Below are positions 16,680 to 25,071 of a stretch of 64,000 bases of DNA, piece by piece (position 1 is the stretch's first letter; each line of letters begins with the position of its first letter). The translations under genes were made by a program, and so were the position numbers. Source of the DNA: Bdellovibrio sp. (GTDB lineage: Bacteria; Bdellovibrionota; Bacteriovoracia; Bacteriovoracales; Bacteriovoracaceae); the NCBI GenBank assembly GCA_020720455.1, contig DYOQ01000002.1, forward strand, positions 23,736 through 87,735, given 5' to 3'. A model generated the notes under the pieces. It was not told the DNA's origin, ran no database searches, and worked only from the letters and a program-made list of their open reading frames with translations.

Positions 16680-18268
16680 GTCGTCTCCACAAGAAGGCCA
16701 ATGATCTCATCTAGCTCCGCAAAAGCTTTTCCAAAATATTCAATAATTGTCGTTGCACTCATCGATCTAGTTCCTGCCGCTTCTGCCGCAAGTTTGCCGG
16801 CCCTTGCATGTAAAAAAACTGCTAAGCAATGAGGTGCTACCACATCAAACAAGGCCCGTTTTTCCTTTACATCATGATATGCTTGAGCAAGGAATCCTCC
16901 AGTAATTCCGGCCAACACATCACCACTACCAGCTTTTGCTAGGCCATCATTTGGTAAATAATTAATAAAAATTTCACCAGAGGTAAGAGCGATAAATGTA
17001 CACGCTCCTTTTAAAATCAAATTTGAATTTGTTCTACTTACAAACGACTTCATGTGTTCCATCGAAGCTGTCAAAACTTCATCCACACTAAGCTTCATAA
17101 ATCTTGCGAACTCTCCAATGTGTGGAGTAAATGTTACAGGCGTCTTTCTTCCACTAAACAGTTCCACATCATCTATACTTAGAGAGTTAATTCCGTCAGC
17201 ATCAATAACGATTGGGCCTGAGAAACTGCTTAGAAGTCTAACAACACTTTTCCTCACCCACTCACCCTGTCCAATTCCAGGGCCAATAACTATCGCATCA
17301 TACTTATCGTTTAGCTCACGAAGAATCGCATCGGCCTCTTCGGTAGATGGAATAACTCCAGTAATTACTTCTGGCATCATTTTAGCAAACAACTCATGGT
17401 AATTATCCTTCCATGTTGCAGAACTAACTAATCCTGTTCCAACTCTTATTGCAGCAGTAGATGCCATCACAACAGCACCAGTCATTCCAGTAGATCCTCC
17501 AACGACAAGAAGGTGGCCAAAACTATTTTTATGTCCAAAGCTATCCCTTTGTCTGTAGTAATAGAGTGCTTGATCAACATCTAAAAGAAATTTATCCCCC
17601 TGCTCTTCACACTCAGAAGGAAAACCAACATCTAACACAACAATCTCTCCCGAATGTTTGGCACCTTTATATAAATATAGTCCAACCTTTGGATTACCAA
17701 TCGTCATTGTGCAATCTGCTTTAATTGCAGCTCCACTCATAGAACCACAATCTCCTGTTATTCCTGAAGGTATGTCGATAGAAACTGTAACCGTTGCACT
17801 TTCGTTTACAATATTAAAAATATCAAAAAGATGTTGTGAAATTGGTAGACGCGTCCCTGTACCAAGAACCGCATCCAAAACGAAATATCCTGACTGTGTA
17901 TTAGCAAAATATCCTTGAAGTTGTTCAGCATCTCTAATGGTAGAAATTTTAACTCCATACTTTCTCGCCATAAATAACTGTCTCTTTAACTCTTCCGTAC
18001 TCTCATCTTCTGGAAAAACTAAAAAGGAACGTACTGAATAACCACGATTTCTTAAATGTCTAGCAATCGCCATCCCATCTGCGCCGTTATTACCTCTTCC
18101 AACTAAAACAACAAGCTCATCATAATTAGCTTTAACTAGAAAATTTTCCTCTATGTAATCTGCCCCTCTTACTCCAACATTTTCAATGATGATTGACTCA
18201 ATAACTCCAAACTCTCCAAAAGTCCTAGTCTCAATATCCTTCATCTCTTTAATACTCGTTACTCTCAC
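16676..18268 (-). CDS. nnr: Bifunctional NAD(P)H-hydrate repair enzyme Nnr (epimerase + ADP-dependent dehydratase)
   Basis: 530 aa. YjeF N-terminal domain (GRGNNGADGMAIARHL) plus a C-terminal carbohydrate-kinase-like domain (HKNSFGHLLVVGGS..., GSGDVLAGI). GTG start with AGGAGA. Confidence 0.9.
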   Translation of the reverse strand: MRVTSIKEMKDIETRTFGEFGVIESIIIENVGVRGADYIEENFLVKANYDELVVLVGRGNNGADGMAIARHLRNRGYSVRSFLVFPEDESTEELKRQLFMARKYGVKISTIRDAEQLQGYFANTQSGYFVLDAVLGTGTRLPISQHLFDIFNIVNESATVTVSIDIPSGITGDCGSMSGAAIKADCTMTIGNPKVGLYLYKGAKHSGEIVVLDVGFPSECEEQGDKFLLDVDQALYYYRQRDSFGHKNSFGHLLVVGGSTGMTGAVVMASTAAIRVGTGLVSSATWKDNYHELFAKMMPEVITGVIPSTEEADAILRELNDKYDAIVIGPGIGQGEWVRKSVVRLLSSFSGPIVIDADGINSLSIDDVELFSGRKTPVTFTPHIGEFARFMKLSVDEVLTASMEHMKSFVSRTNSNLILKGACTFIALTSGEIFINYLPNDGLAKAGSGDVLAGITGGFLAQAYHDVKEKRALFDVVAPHCLAVFLHARAGKLAAEAAGTRSMSATTIIEYFGKAFAELDEIIGLLVETT

Positions 18269-18280
18269 AAATATCTCCTA

Positions 18281-19654
18281 CTATTTAATCAATTCCTCTT
18301 CTACAATTAACTTAAGTTCATTTGCCAATTTTTGAATCTGATCATTATCTTCTCCTTCAAACATAATTCGAAGTAATGCTTCTGTTCCAGAATACCTAAC
18401 AAGAAGTCTTCCTTTGTCTCCAAGTTCTGCTTCACACTGTTTAATTTTGTTAGCAATTCGTGGAACATCATTAACTGGTATTTTTCTCGTGACCTTTACA
18501 TTATGAAGTACTTGAGGATAAAGCATTATCTCATCAGTGAGCTCCTTAATACCTTTCTTATAATAACGTACGGCCTCTAACAGTTTTAGGGAAGCAATAA
18601 TTCCATCTCCCGTTGTATTATACTCTTTCAAAATAATGTGGCCAGAAGGCTCTCCACCAATCAGTGAACCAACCTCTCTCATTCTTGCAGCAATATAACG
18701 ATCCCCTACCTGCGTTCGGTAAAATTTAGGCCCTAATTTTTTTATAAAATTCTCTACACCAAGATTATTCATCACTGTCCCAACGACTTCATCATCGTCA
18801 GTGATAACACCTAAATCATAAAAATATTTTGCGAGCAAACCAATTACTTTGTCACCATCAACAATTGTACCACTACTATCAACAACAATTAAACGATCAG
18901 CATCACCATCAAGACAGATGCCAATATCAGCACGATACTGCAAAACTGCATTTGCACAGTGTTCAGGATGCAAGGCCCCACACCCATCATTTATATTTTG
19001 TCCATTAGGTGATACACTTAACTTTATAACCTCGGCCCCAAGCTCTTCAAAAATCATTGGAGCTACTCGATAAGCTGCACCGTTAGCACAATCAACAACA
19101 ACTCGTAGTCCATTTAAATCACACTTCGAATTTAGTGCAGATTTTGCAAAAACAATATATCTTCCAATCACCTCATCTAAGCGCTCGGCCCTTCCAAGAA
19201 GATCGCCTCTTTGAGTCGGAATTAACGATGGATCAAGTACCATTTTTTCAATCTCAAGCTCAACAGAGTCAGGTAACTTGTGTCCATCAGCATCGAAAAT
19301 TTTAATTCCATTATCACCAAAAGGGTTATGAGAAGCAGATATCATAACTCCAGCATCGGCCCTCATGGAACATGTAACAAAAGCAATACCAGGTGTAGGA
19401 AGAGGGCCTGTCAGGATAACTCTTCCACCTTGAGAACAGATGCCTGAAGAGAGTGCGAGCTCTAACATATAACAACTAAGTCTCGTATCTTTGCCAACAA
19501 TGATTAGTGGCCTTTTTCCATCTCTTCCATGTTTTTTTTGAAAATAGTTAGTAATAGCTCGACCTAATGCTACGGCAACTTCACACGTCATCGGATAAGT
19601 ATTTGCTTCACCACGAATTCCATCTGTCCCAAACAATTTTCTAATCTGAGTCAC
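18281..19654 (-). CDS. glmM: Phosphoglucosamine mutase
   Basis: 457 aa. LFGTDGIRG, phosphoserine loop GVMISASHNPFGDNGIKIF, metal loop DGDADR, and GEPSGH. Confidence 0.95.
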   Translation of the reverse strand: MTQIRKLFGTDGIRGEANTYPMTCEVAVALGRAITNYFQKKHGRDGKRPLIIVGKDTRLSCYMLELALSSGICSQGGRVILTGPLPTPGIAFVTCSMRADAGVMISASHNPFGDNGIKIFDADGHKLPDSVELEIEKMVLDPSLIPTQRGDLLGRAERLDEVIGRYIVFAKSALNSKCDLNGLRVVVDCANGAAYRVAPMIFEELGAEVIKLSVSPNGQNINDGCGALHPEHCANAVLQYRADIGICLDGDADRLIVVDSSGTIVDGDKVIGLLAKYFYDLGVITDDDEVVGTVMNNLGVENFIKKLGPKFYRTQVGDRYIAARMREVGSLIGGEPSGHIILKEYNTTGDGIIASLKLLEAVRYYKKGIKELTDEIMLYPQVLHNVKVTRKIPVNDVPRIANKIKQCEAELGDKGRLLVRYSGTEALLRIMFEGEDNDQIQKLANELKLIVEEELIK

Positions 19655-19681
19655 GTTAGCTCCTTACAAGTAACAATAAAT

Positions 19682-20575
19682 TTATTTGACTGATACATTA
19701 ATATACTTAGGGCGAATCTGCAAAAGATGAATGGATTCGGGAAGCTCACATTTTAACTCCACTTCTTGACTTCCACTTATTTGCTCAGGGATATCTGCAA
19801 CAACCTTAATTTTATCTTTTAGTGATGATATCAAACTACTATCTATCGTCATCAGCTCTAGATGGGCCACCGCAGCACTAGTTTTTATATTTCTAATTGA
19901 TGATAAAAACCTTATCGGTACTGTTAATGTTAAATTGGCCTTTCTTGGTACTACCAAGTACTCGAACTTAATTGGTACAGTGGTAAGTAGGTTCACCTTT
20001 GATGAAACCGGTTCTAACCCAACGATTGCCTCACCCTCCCCCTCTAACTCACTTACATCTAGCGGTGATACCATTAACTTTCCAATTTTTCTCATCTCTC
20101 CAATAGGCCCTTCAATCATAATCTCGCCAGGAGTTAGCTTCTCCTTTACTAATCTGTAATTTGAATCTATCTCTCCAACATACTGCATCTTTAGAGGGAC
20201 CACTTTTTTTATTGTTCGCTCTAGCGTTACATCTACACTTTTAGGAACTATTTTAACGACATTTAGGCCAACAGGAAGCCTATCTCTTGATATAGCAATT
20301 GGAACAGTTAGTGAGCTACTCTCATTGATATTTCCATCAACTTGAATCTCTATCTTATAAAGTTTTTTAAAAAACATTCTAGTTAAGGCCCTTGGCCCTT
20401 TAATAGTCACTTCCACAGATTCTGGAACATCGTTTCCAATAGCATTCCCAGATGGTGGAAGAAGTGTTAACTGAACATTTTGAGTCGTTATAAACGAAGA
20501 AGAACTAAAGACAAACAACCACAAAGCAAGTGAAAGAAATACGGCCATGATTTTTAAAAGGTGTTTTTTTAACAA
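19682..20575 (-). CDS. cdaR: YbbR-domain protein, CdaA regulator CdaR
   Basis: 297 aa. N-terminal anchor, then repeated YbbR-like beta modules (V.V.L.P......P..V.V.I.G). Position between cdaA and glmM is the conserved cdaA-cdaR-glmM order. TTG start with AGAGGAGAA. Confidence 0.75.
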   Translation of the reverse strand: MLKKHLLKIMAVFLSLALWLFVFSSSSFITTQNVQLTLLPPSGNAIGNDVPESVEVTIKGPRALTRMFFKKLYKIEIQVDGNINESSSLTVPIAISRDRLPVGLNVVKIVPKSVDVTLERTIKKVVPLKMQYVGEIDSNYRLVKEKLTPGEIMIEGPIGEMRKIGKLMVSPLDVSELEGEGEAIVGLEPVSSKVNLLTTVPIKFEYLVVPRKANLTLTVPIRFLSSIRNIKTSAAVAHLELMTIDSSLISSLKDKIKVVADIPEQISGSQEVELKCELPESIHLLQIRPKYINVSVK

Positions 20576-20596
20576 GCAGTTCTCCTCTACCTCTAA

Positions 20597-21403
20597 TTAC
20601 GCTTTAACCTCAAAAAAATCAGCCTGTGAATTTAGATTCTTCTCCCAAAGTGTTTTAACCATATTAAATAGCTCTACCACATTTTTGGCCTCATAGACAA
20701 ATCCACTTTTACAAACACTCATCCGACCACTCTCTTCACTAACAATGATGACCACCGCATCAGTTGCTTCAGTAACACCAATACCAGCTCTATGCCTAGT
20801 CCCAAACCTTTTATCAAGTTTTAAATTTTTTGACAGTGGTAAAAAACAACCAGCAGCACCTATCCGTTCTCTTGAAATAATTACCGCCCCATCATGTAGT
20901 GGAGATGCTCTATTGAAAATTGAACATAATAAATCTGCACTAATATTACAGTCAAGAAGACTTCCGGCCCTCATATAATTCATTAGGCCCTGTCTTCTTT
21001 CAAACACGATTAACCCACCCTCTTTGTTCTTACTTAGAATAGAACAAGCATCCACAACCTCTGCCAATTTCAAATCAACATCATTTGTTGTTGTCCAGCT
21101 AGAAAAAAACTGTTTCCCTGTTCCAAACGTCGCCAAAGTATTTCTAATCTGATCTTGAAAAATAATAACTAGCAAAATGATCAATGCATCGAAAAAATGC
21201 TCTAAAATCCAAGTCAAAGAGTATAGTTCATAATACTTGCCAAGGATGAACAAGAGTCCAAGAGCACCAATTCCAATCAACATTTGAACGGCCCTAGTTC
21301 CATAAATAACTAATAGCATTTGATAAAAGAGGGCCGCCACCACAGTGATATCTAAAAGATCTTTAAAAGTTACTTGTGACCAAATTAAGCTGAGTATATC
21401 CAC
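20597..21403 (-). CDS. cdaA: Diadenylate cyclase CdaA (membrane-anchored DAC domain)
   Basis: 268 aa. Three N-terminal TM helices, then DAC motifs SPLHDGAVII and GTRHRAGIGVTEATDAVVIIVSEESG. Confidence 0.9.
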   Translation of the reverse strand: MDILSLIWSQVTFKDLLDITVVAALFYQMLLVIYGTRAVQMLIGIGALGLLFILGKYYELYSLTWILEHFFDALIILLVIIFQDQIRNTLATFGTGKQFFSSWTTTNDVDLKLAEVVDACSILSKNKEGGLIVFERRQGLMNYMRAGSLLDCNISADLLCSIFNRASPLHDGAVIISRERIGAAGCFLPLSKNLKLDKRFGTRHRAGIGVTEATDAVVIIVSEESGRMSVCKSGFVYEAKNVVELFNMVKTLWEKNLNSQADFFEVKA

Positions 21404-21420
21404 AATCGCTTCTCCGCTAT

Positions 21421-23367
21421 CTAAGCTGCCTTTTTTACTGCGTCATCAATGTCACTACTGTTATGATTATCCATAACCTTATCACTCGCTATCAACTTTT
21501 TACGTAATGCCTCTCTACTAATTCCCATTGCAGTTGCCGCCTTAGTCTTATTTCCGTTATGTCTTTTAATCTCACCATAGATCATCTCTCGTTCCATAAT
21601 TGCCAAACGATCTTTGAGTGGAATGTTAAAATCACTAACATAAGGCAGATCTCCAAAACGCCTCTTCTTTACATCAACATCAAATGGTGGAAGCGCAGAA
21701 TCGTCTAGCATCTCATTTGAAACAATATGTTCCTTTGGATTATAAGTAACAATTCTAGAAATACATGTTTTTAGCTCGCTAACATTATGTGGCCAATCAT
21801 ATTCAACAAGCCTTTTCATCGCTTTAGCATCAACAGTTTTTGCTAATAACCCTTGTGCATTACACTCAACCCTCATGAAATGATCTACAAGATCAACAAT
21901 ATCATCTCTTCTTCGTCTTAAAGCATCAACGTGAAGATAAATTTTAGATAAAATTTCAAACAACTCTTTTTGAAAACTTCCATGCTCCACTAATTCTGCT
22001 AAATCGACAGTAGCAGTCGCCATAATCCGACATTCCAAGTGATAATTGTTAACATCATCCACGCTAGAATTTAAAATTTTGTACAATCTATTTTGCTGTT
22101 CGCTAGTTAATTCTGAAACATCCTCTAGCATTACTGTTCCACCTTTTGCTTTTTCAAAAATAGATTTTTTCCCATGTCCACCAAAGATTGCTGTTTCAAT
22201 ATCTACGCCTTCAATTTTTTTACAACTTACTAGCTCATAAGGGTTCAGCCCACGACATCCCTCATTATGAATAACAATCCCCATTAGTGTCTTGCCAACA
22301 CCGGCCTCACCATACATTAGGATGGGATCATCTAAATCTTTAATCTTAGTAATTGCGCCCCTAAGAGATGCTGCATGTGCTGACTTACCGATAAGTGCAT
22401 ACTTCCGAGCAGAAGGAGTACTAAACCTTCTGACCATCGATGCTTCATCTATTGGATCGAAACTATGAAACAAAGACGAAAATACCAGCGATAAAACTTT
22501 CATTGTCTTTTCATCTTCAACTGTAAACCTATCTTGATTTTTCTTATTTAAGACTTCAATTACACCAATAATTTTATCCTCTCTATTGTGAATTGGATAA
22601 CAAATTACTGATGTAGTTTTGAAACCGAACCGATGATCAAAATCGTCGTGAAACCGAGACTTATCTTTTTGAGTGTCAATATTAAGCGCTACACCAGTAG
22701 TAAAAACAGATCCAGCAACACCTAACCTATAATCAAACTTTAAATACTCTTTATCAATTCCGGTGGCCGTCACTGCCTCTAATTCATTATTTTCAGGATT
22801 AATTAAAAAGACAGATGCTCTACTTCCATTTAAAATTCGAACGACTTCATCTAGCATTGTTTCTATGAATCCCTCTCTCTCCTTAAAATTTGTTATATCT
22901 TTAAATAAAGATAAGAGTAATGAAAACATTTCAAAACCATCACTGACTTTAGTATAGCGTTCTTCTCGCGTAGATTTAATCAAACAATCTCTTAGTCTAT
23001 CCGCAGAAAAAGTCATGACGTAATTTTCTAAAAATTTTGCCAACTTTTTATCCTCATCTAGCTCTACCCCATAAATTAATAAATCATTACTGACAGCATC
23101 CGAAAATGCACGAACTACGCTACCTGTAAGATCCAAATGATCTTTTTTAAACTGTAAGGAAATCTGTACAGATGTTCCAACAGAGACTCTCTCTTTTGTC
23201 AACATCCCAAATCCAGTAACACTTATATCCATAAGCTTAGCATCTTCTAAATATTGTTTGTGGCCAAGCTCATCTTCTATCTCGATAAGAAACCTTAACC
23301 CATCGGCCTCTTCTACTGGCATTCTAAAAGATTGATAAAACTTAAATTCTGAAAAACTTGTCAACAT
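21421..23367 (-). CDS. PilZ-GAF-AAA+(NtrC-type, degenerate)-Fis HTH transcriptional regulator
   Basis: 648 aa. N-terminal PilZ-like half motif DISVTGFG. GAF-like segment (SVFLIN...IGVIEVLNK). AAA+ Walker A GEAGVGKT. C-terminal HTH KTKAATAMGISREALRKKL. The GAFTGA loop is missing (IFGGHGKKSIFEKAKGG), Walker B reads MLEDV, and WPHNVSEL replaces WPGNVREL. Confidence 0.8.
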   Translation of the reverse strand: MLTSFSEFKFYQSFRMPVEEADGLRFLIEIEDELGHKQYLEDAKLMDISVTGFGMLTKERVSVGTSVQISLQFKKDHLDLTGSVVRAFSDAVSNDLLIYGVELDEDKKLAKFLENYVMTFSADRLRDCLIKSTREERYTKVSDGFEMFSLLLSLFKDITNFKEREGFIETMLDEVVRILNGSRASVFLINPENNELEAVTATGIDKEYLKFDYRLGVAGSVFTTGVALNIDTQKDKSRFHDDFDHRFGFKTTSVICYPIHNREDKIIGVIEVLNKKNQDRFTVEDEKTMKVLSLVFSSLFHSFDPIDEASMVRRFSTPSARKYALIGKSAHAASLRGAITKIKDLDDPILMYGEAGVGKTLMGIVIHNEGCRGLNPYELVSCKKIEGVDIETAIFGGHGKKSIFEKAKGGTVMLEDVSELTSEQQNRLYKILNSSVDDVNNYHLECRIMATATVDLAELVEHGSFQKELFEILSKIYLHVDALRRRRDDIVDLVDHFMRVECNAQGLLAKTVDAKAMKRLVEYDWPHNVSELKTCISRIVTYNPKEHIVSNEMLDDSALPPFDVDVKKRRFGDLPYVSDFNIPLKDRLAIMEREMIYGEIKRHNGNKTKAATAMGISREALRKKLIASDKVMDNHNSSDIDDAVKKAA

Positions 23368-23478
23368 AGCATCACTCCATTGTTGCGACTAAAAAGCTTT
23401 TCGACATTTTTCTTTATAGATTTAGATCTTTTGCCAATTATTTTCGGCGGCAATTTTATTTGTACCTATTACTAATCT

Positions 23479-23500
23479 GTTTTGCTCTAGTTTTGCTCTA
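23479..23500. repeat. Perfect 11-bp tandem direct repeat (GTTTTGCTCTA x2) spanning the stop codon of the 208-aa gene
   Basis: Read directly: 23479-23489 and 23490-23500 are identical. Confidence 0.9.
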
Positions 23501-24124
23501 GTAAGCGGACCATCTTCTTTTTGACTTATTGTACGAGTAGACTCTTGAAATTAGCTTGTTTTTTATAGATATATCCATTACGCCATCACCATTGAAATCA
23601 AAAAAATCAGTAGAATAAACTTTTTGCTCATAATTTTCTAACCAATCTTCTCTCTCTTCAAATATATGCGGACCTCTAATCATATCTATCTTTCTTAAAT
23701 CCCCATCAACAATCGCTCCAAAATAAACTCTAGTTACACTCTGCATATTTAAGTATGTTGTATACCCTTCATAAAAATAGAGAATCAAGGCAACAACTTT
23801 AGGAGCAATAGTTTTTAGTCTAACTCTATATAGTTTTGAATCAAGGCCTGTTGGCAATAATTTATAAGTGAAAACCTGACGTTTTCCTTCATATATAGAG
23901 AGCCATGTCTCGCTATCCTTAAACTCGACAACCATCCCCTCTTTCTCACCATCTTGATCAAGATCTAGCTTATAGACTTTACTTGCAACACTCCACTTAT
24001 AGTCAAACTTACCATCTGCATCAACATTTCGTTTATCAAACAGTTGATAAAACGAACGTTCATCTTGTCCAAGCATTGTTGAAGAGAATAAAAATAGTAT
24101 CGTAAACAGGTAGAATTTCCCCAT
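23498..24124 (-). CDS. Secreted hypothetical protein with FG-GAP/VCBS-like Asp-rich motifs
   Basis: 208 aa. Signal peptide MGKFYLFTILFLFSSTMLG. Motifs DLDQDGEKEGMVV and FDFNGDGVMDISI resemble FG-GAP calcium-binding loops. Confidence 0.7.
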   Translation of the reverse strand: MGKFYLFTILFLFSSTMLGQDERSFYQLFDKRNVDADGKFDYKWSVASKVYKLDLDQDGEKEGMVVEFKDSETWLSIYEGKRQVFTYKLLPTGLDSKLYRVRLKTIAPKVVALILYFYEGYTTYLNMQSVTRVYFGAIVDGDLRKIDMIRGPHIFEEREDWLENYEQKVYSTDFFDFNGDGVMDISIKNKLISRVYSYNKSKRRWSAY

Positions 24125-24203
24125 ATTATAACTATATTTTATCTCAGAAAAAAATGAAAGCTTGGTGTAGCAGCAGAGATTTTTGCCGACACTACTCTCT
24201 TGG

Positions 24204-24225
24204 TGGCCCTTAAATGGCCCTTAAA
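24204..24225. repeat. Perfect 11-bp tandem direct repeat (TGGCCCTTAAA x2) in a divergent intergenic region
   Basis: Read directly: 24204-24214 and 24215-24225 are identical. Located 66 nt upstream of the + strand gene start at 24291. Confidence 0.9.
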
Positions 24226-24290
24226 CATTCGACATCTTATAGAGAGTTGGTTAAACTTCATTCGTACTTTATATAAAAGAAGGTTGTAGC

Positions 24291-25022
24291 ATGAGTTTCT
24301 CTCTTGGTTTACTTGATATCAATGGCCGCTTAAGTGTTAAATCTTTTGGTAGTGAAAATCTGATAAGTGAAACAGTTATCGGACCTGAACACCTAAGTGG
24401 TATGGACATCTCCGCTATTTTTTATCGACCAGAAGAACTAACGAGTGAACTAATCCAGATAATTAATTCAAAAAAAGATCAGTACCCGATATCTCCAATA
24501 ATGGACCAATATACTTTTGAACGTTTAACTCCTAGCGAAGCAAAAGAGTTACTATCACAAGCAACAACAAACTGGGTGCTAAAAAATAACCTAATTCTAA
24601 TTTCTGATATTTTTAAAGTTAGAGAACATCTATTAACACTGCTTCACAAAGACCGCTTAACGTTTTTTGAAGAACTCTGGGCCATCCTTCACAAAAACCT
24701 CGGAACAACCTCTTTAACCATTATATACAACGGTCTTGAAAAAGGCGAAAACAGCAAAAATCATCTAGTGCTTTCAAAAATACATGGGCACTCTACTCCA
24801 AATCCGCTCCCAGCAGAAGAGATCGACCACAAATTAATGGTCGAATATAAAGCAGAGTTTGGAAACAGATTTTCAATCAGTGAATATTCAAAAGGAGCTG
24901 GTGAGTTGGTTGCTACTGCCCAAATTTACGGAGGCCCAATTCTACTTTTAGCAAAGATAAGTGAGCTAACACCGCTTCAACGAGCAATAGCTAACGCTAT
25001 TTTTGATGGTTTGCAAGAGTAG
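24291..25022 (+). CDS. Hypothetical cytoplasmic protein
   Basis: 243-aa ORF with AAGGTTG upstream of the ATG. No signal peptide and no motif I recognise. Confidence 0.6.
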   Translation: MSFSLGLLDINGRLSVKSFGSENLISETVIGPEHLSGMDISAIFYRPEELTSELIQIINSKKDQYPISPIMDQYTFERLTPSEAKELLSQATTNWVLKNNLILISDIFKVREHLLTLLHKDRLTFFEELWAILHKNLGTTSLTIIYNGLEKGENSKNHLVLSKIHGHSTPNPLPAEEIDHKLMVEYKAEFGNRFSISEYSKGAGELVATAQIYGGPILLLAKISELTPLQRAIANAIFDGLQE

Positions 25023-25071
25023 TTGTTAACTCAGCTTACTTTTTGTACAGTTAATCCTAAGTCTCCCACAT

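Noticed and set aside
25023-25071. Hairpin TTAACT...AGTTAA between convergent genes as a terminator
   Set aside because: The stem is only 6 bp and all-AT-rich with a ~17-nt loop and no adjacent T-tract, which is too weak to call.
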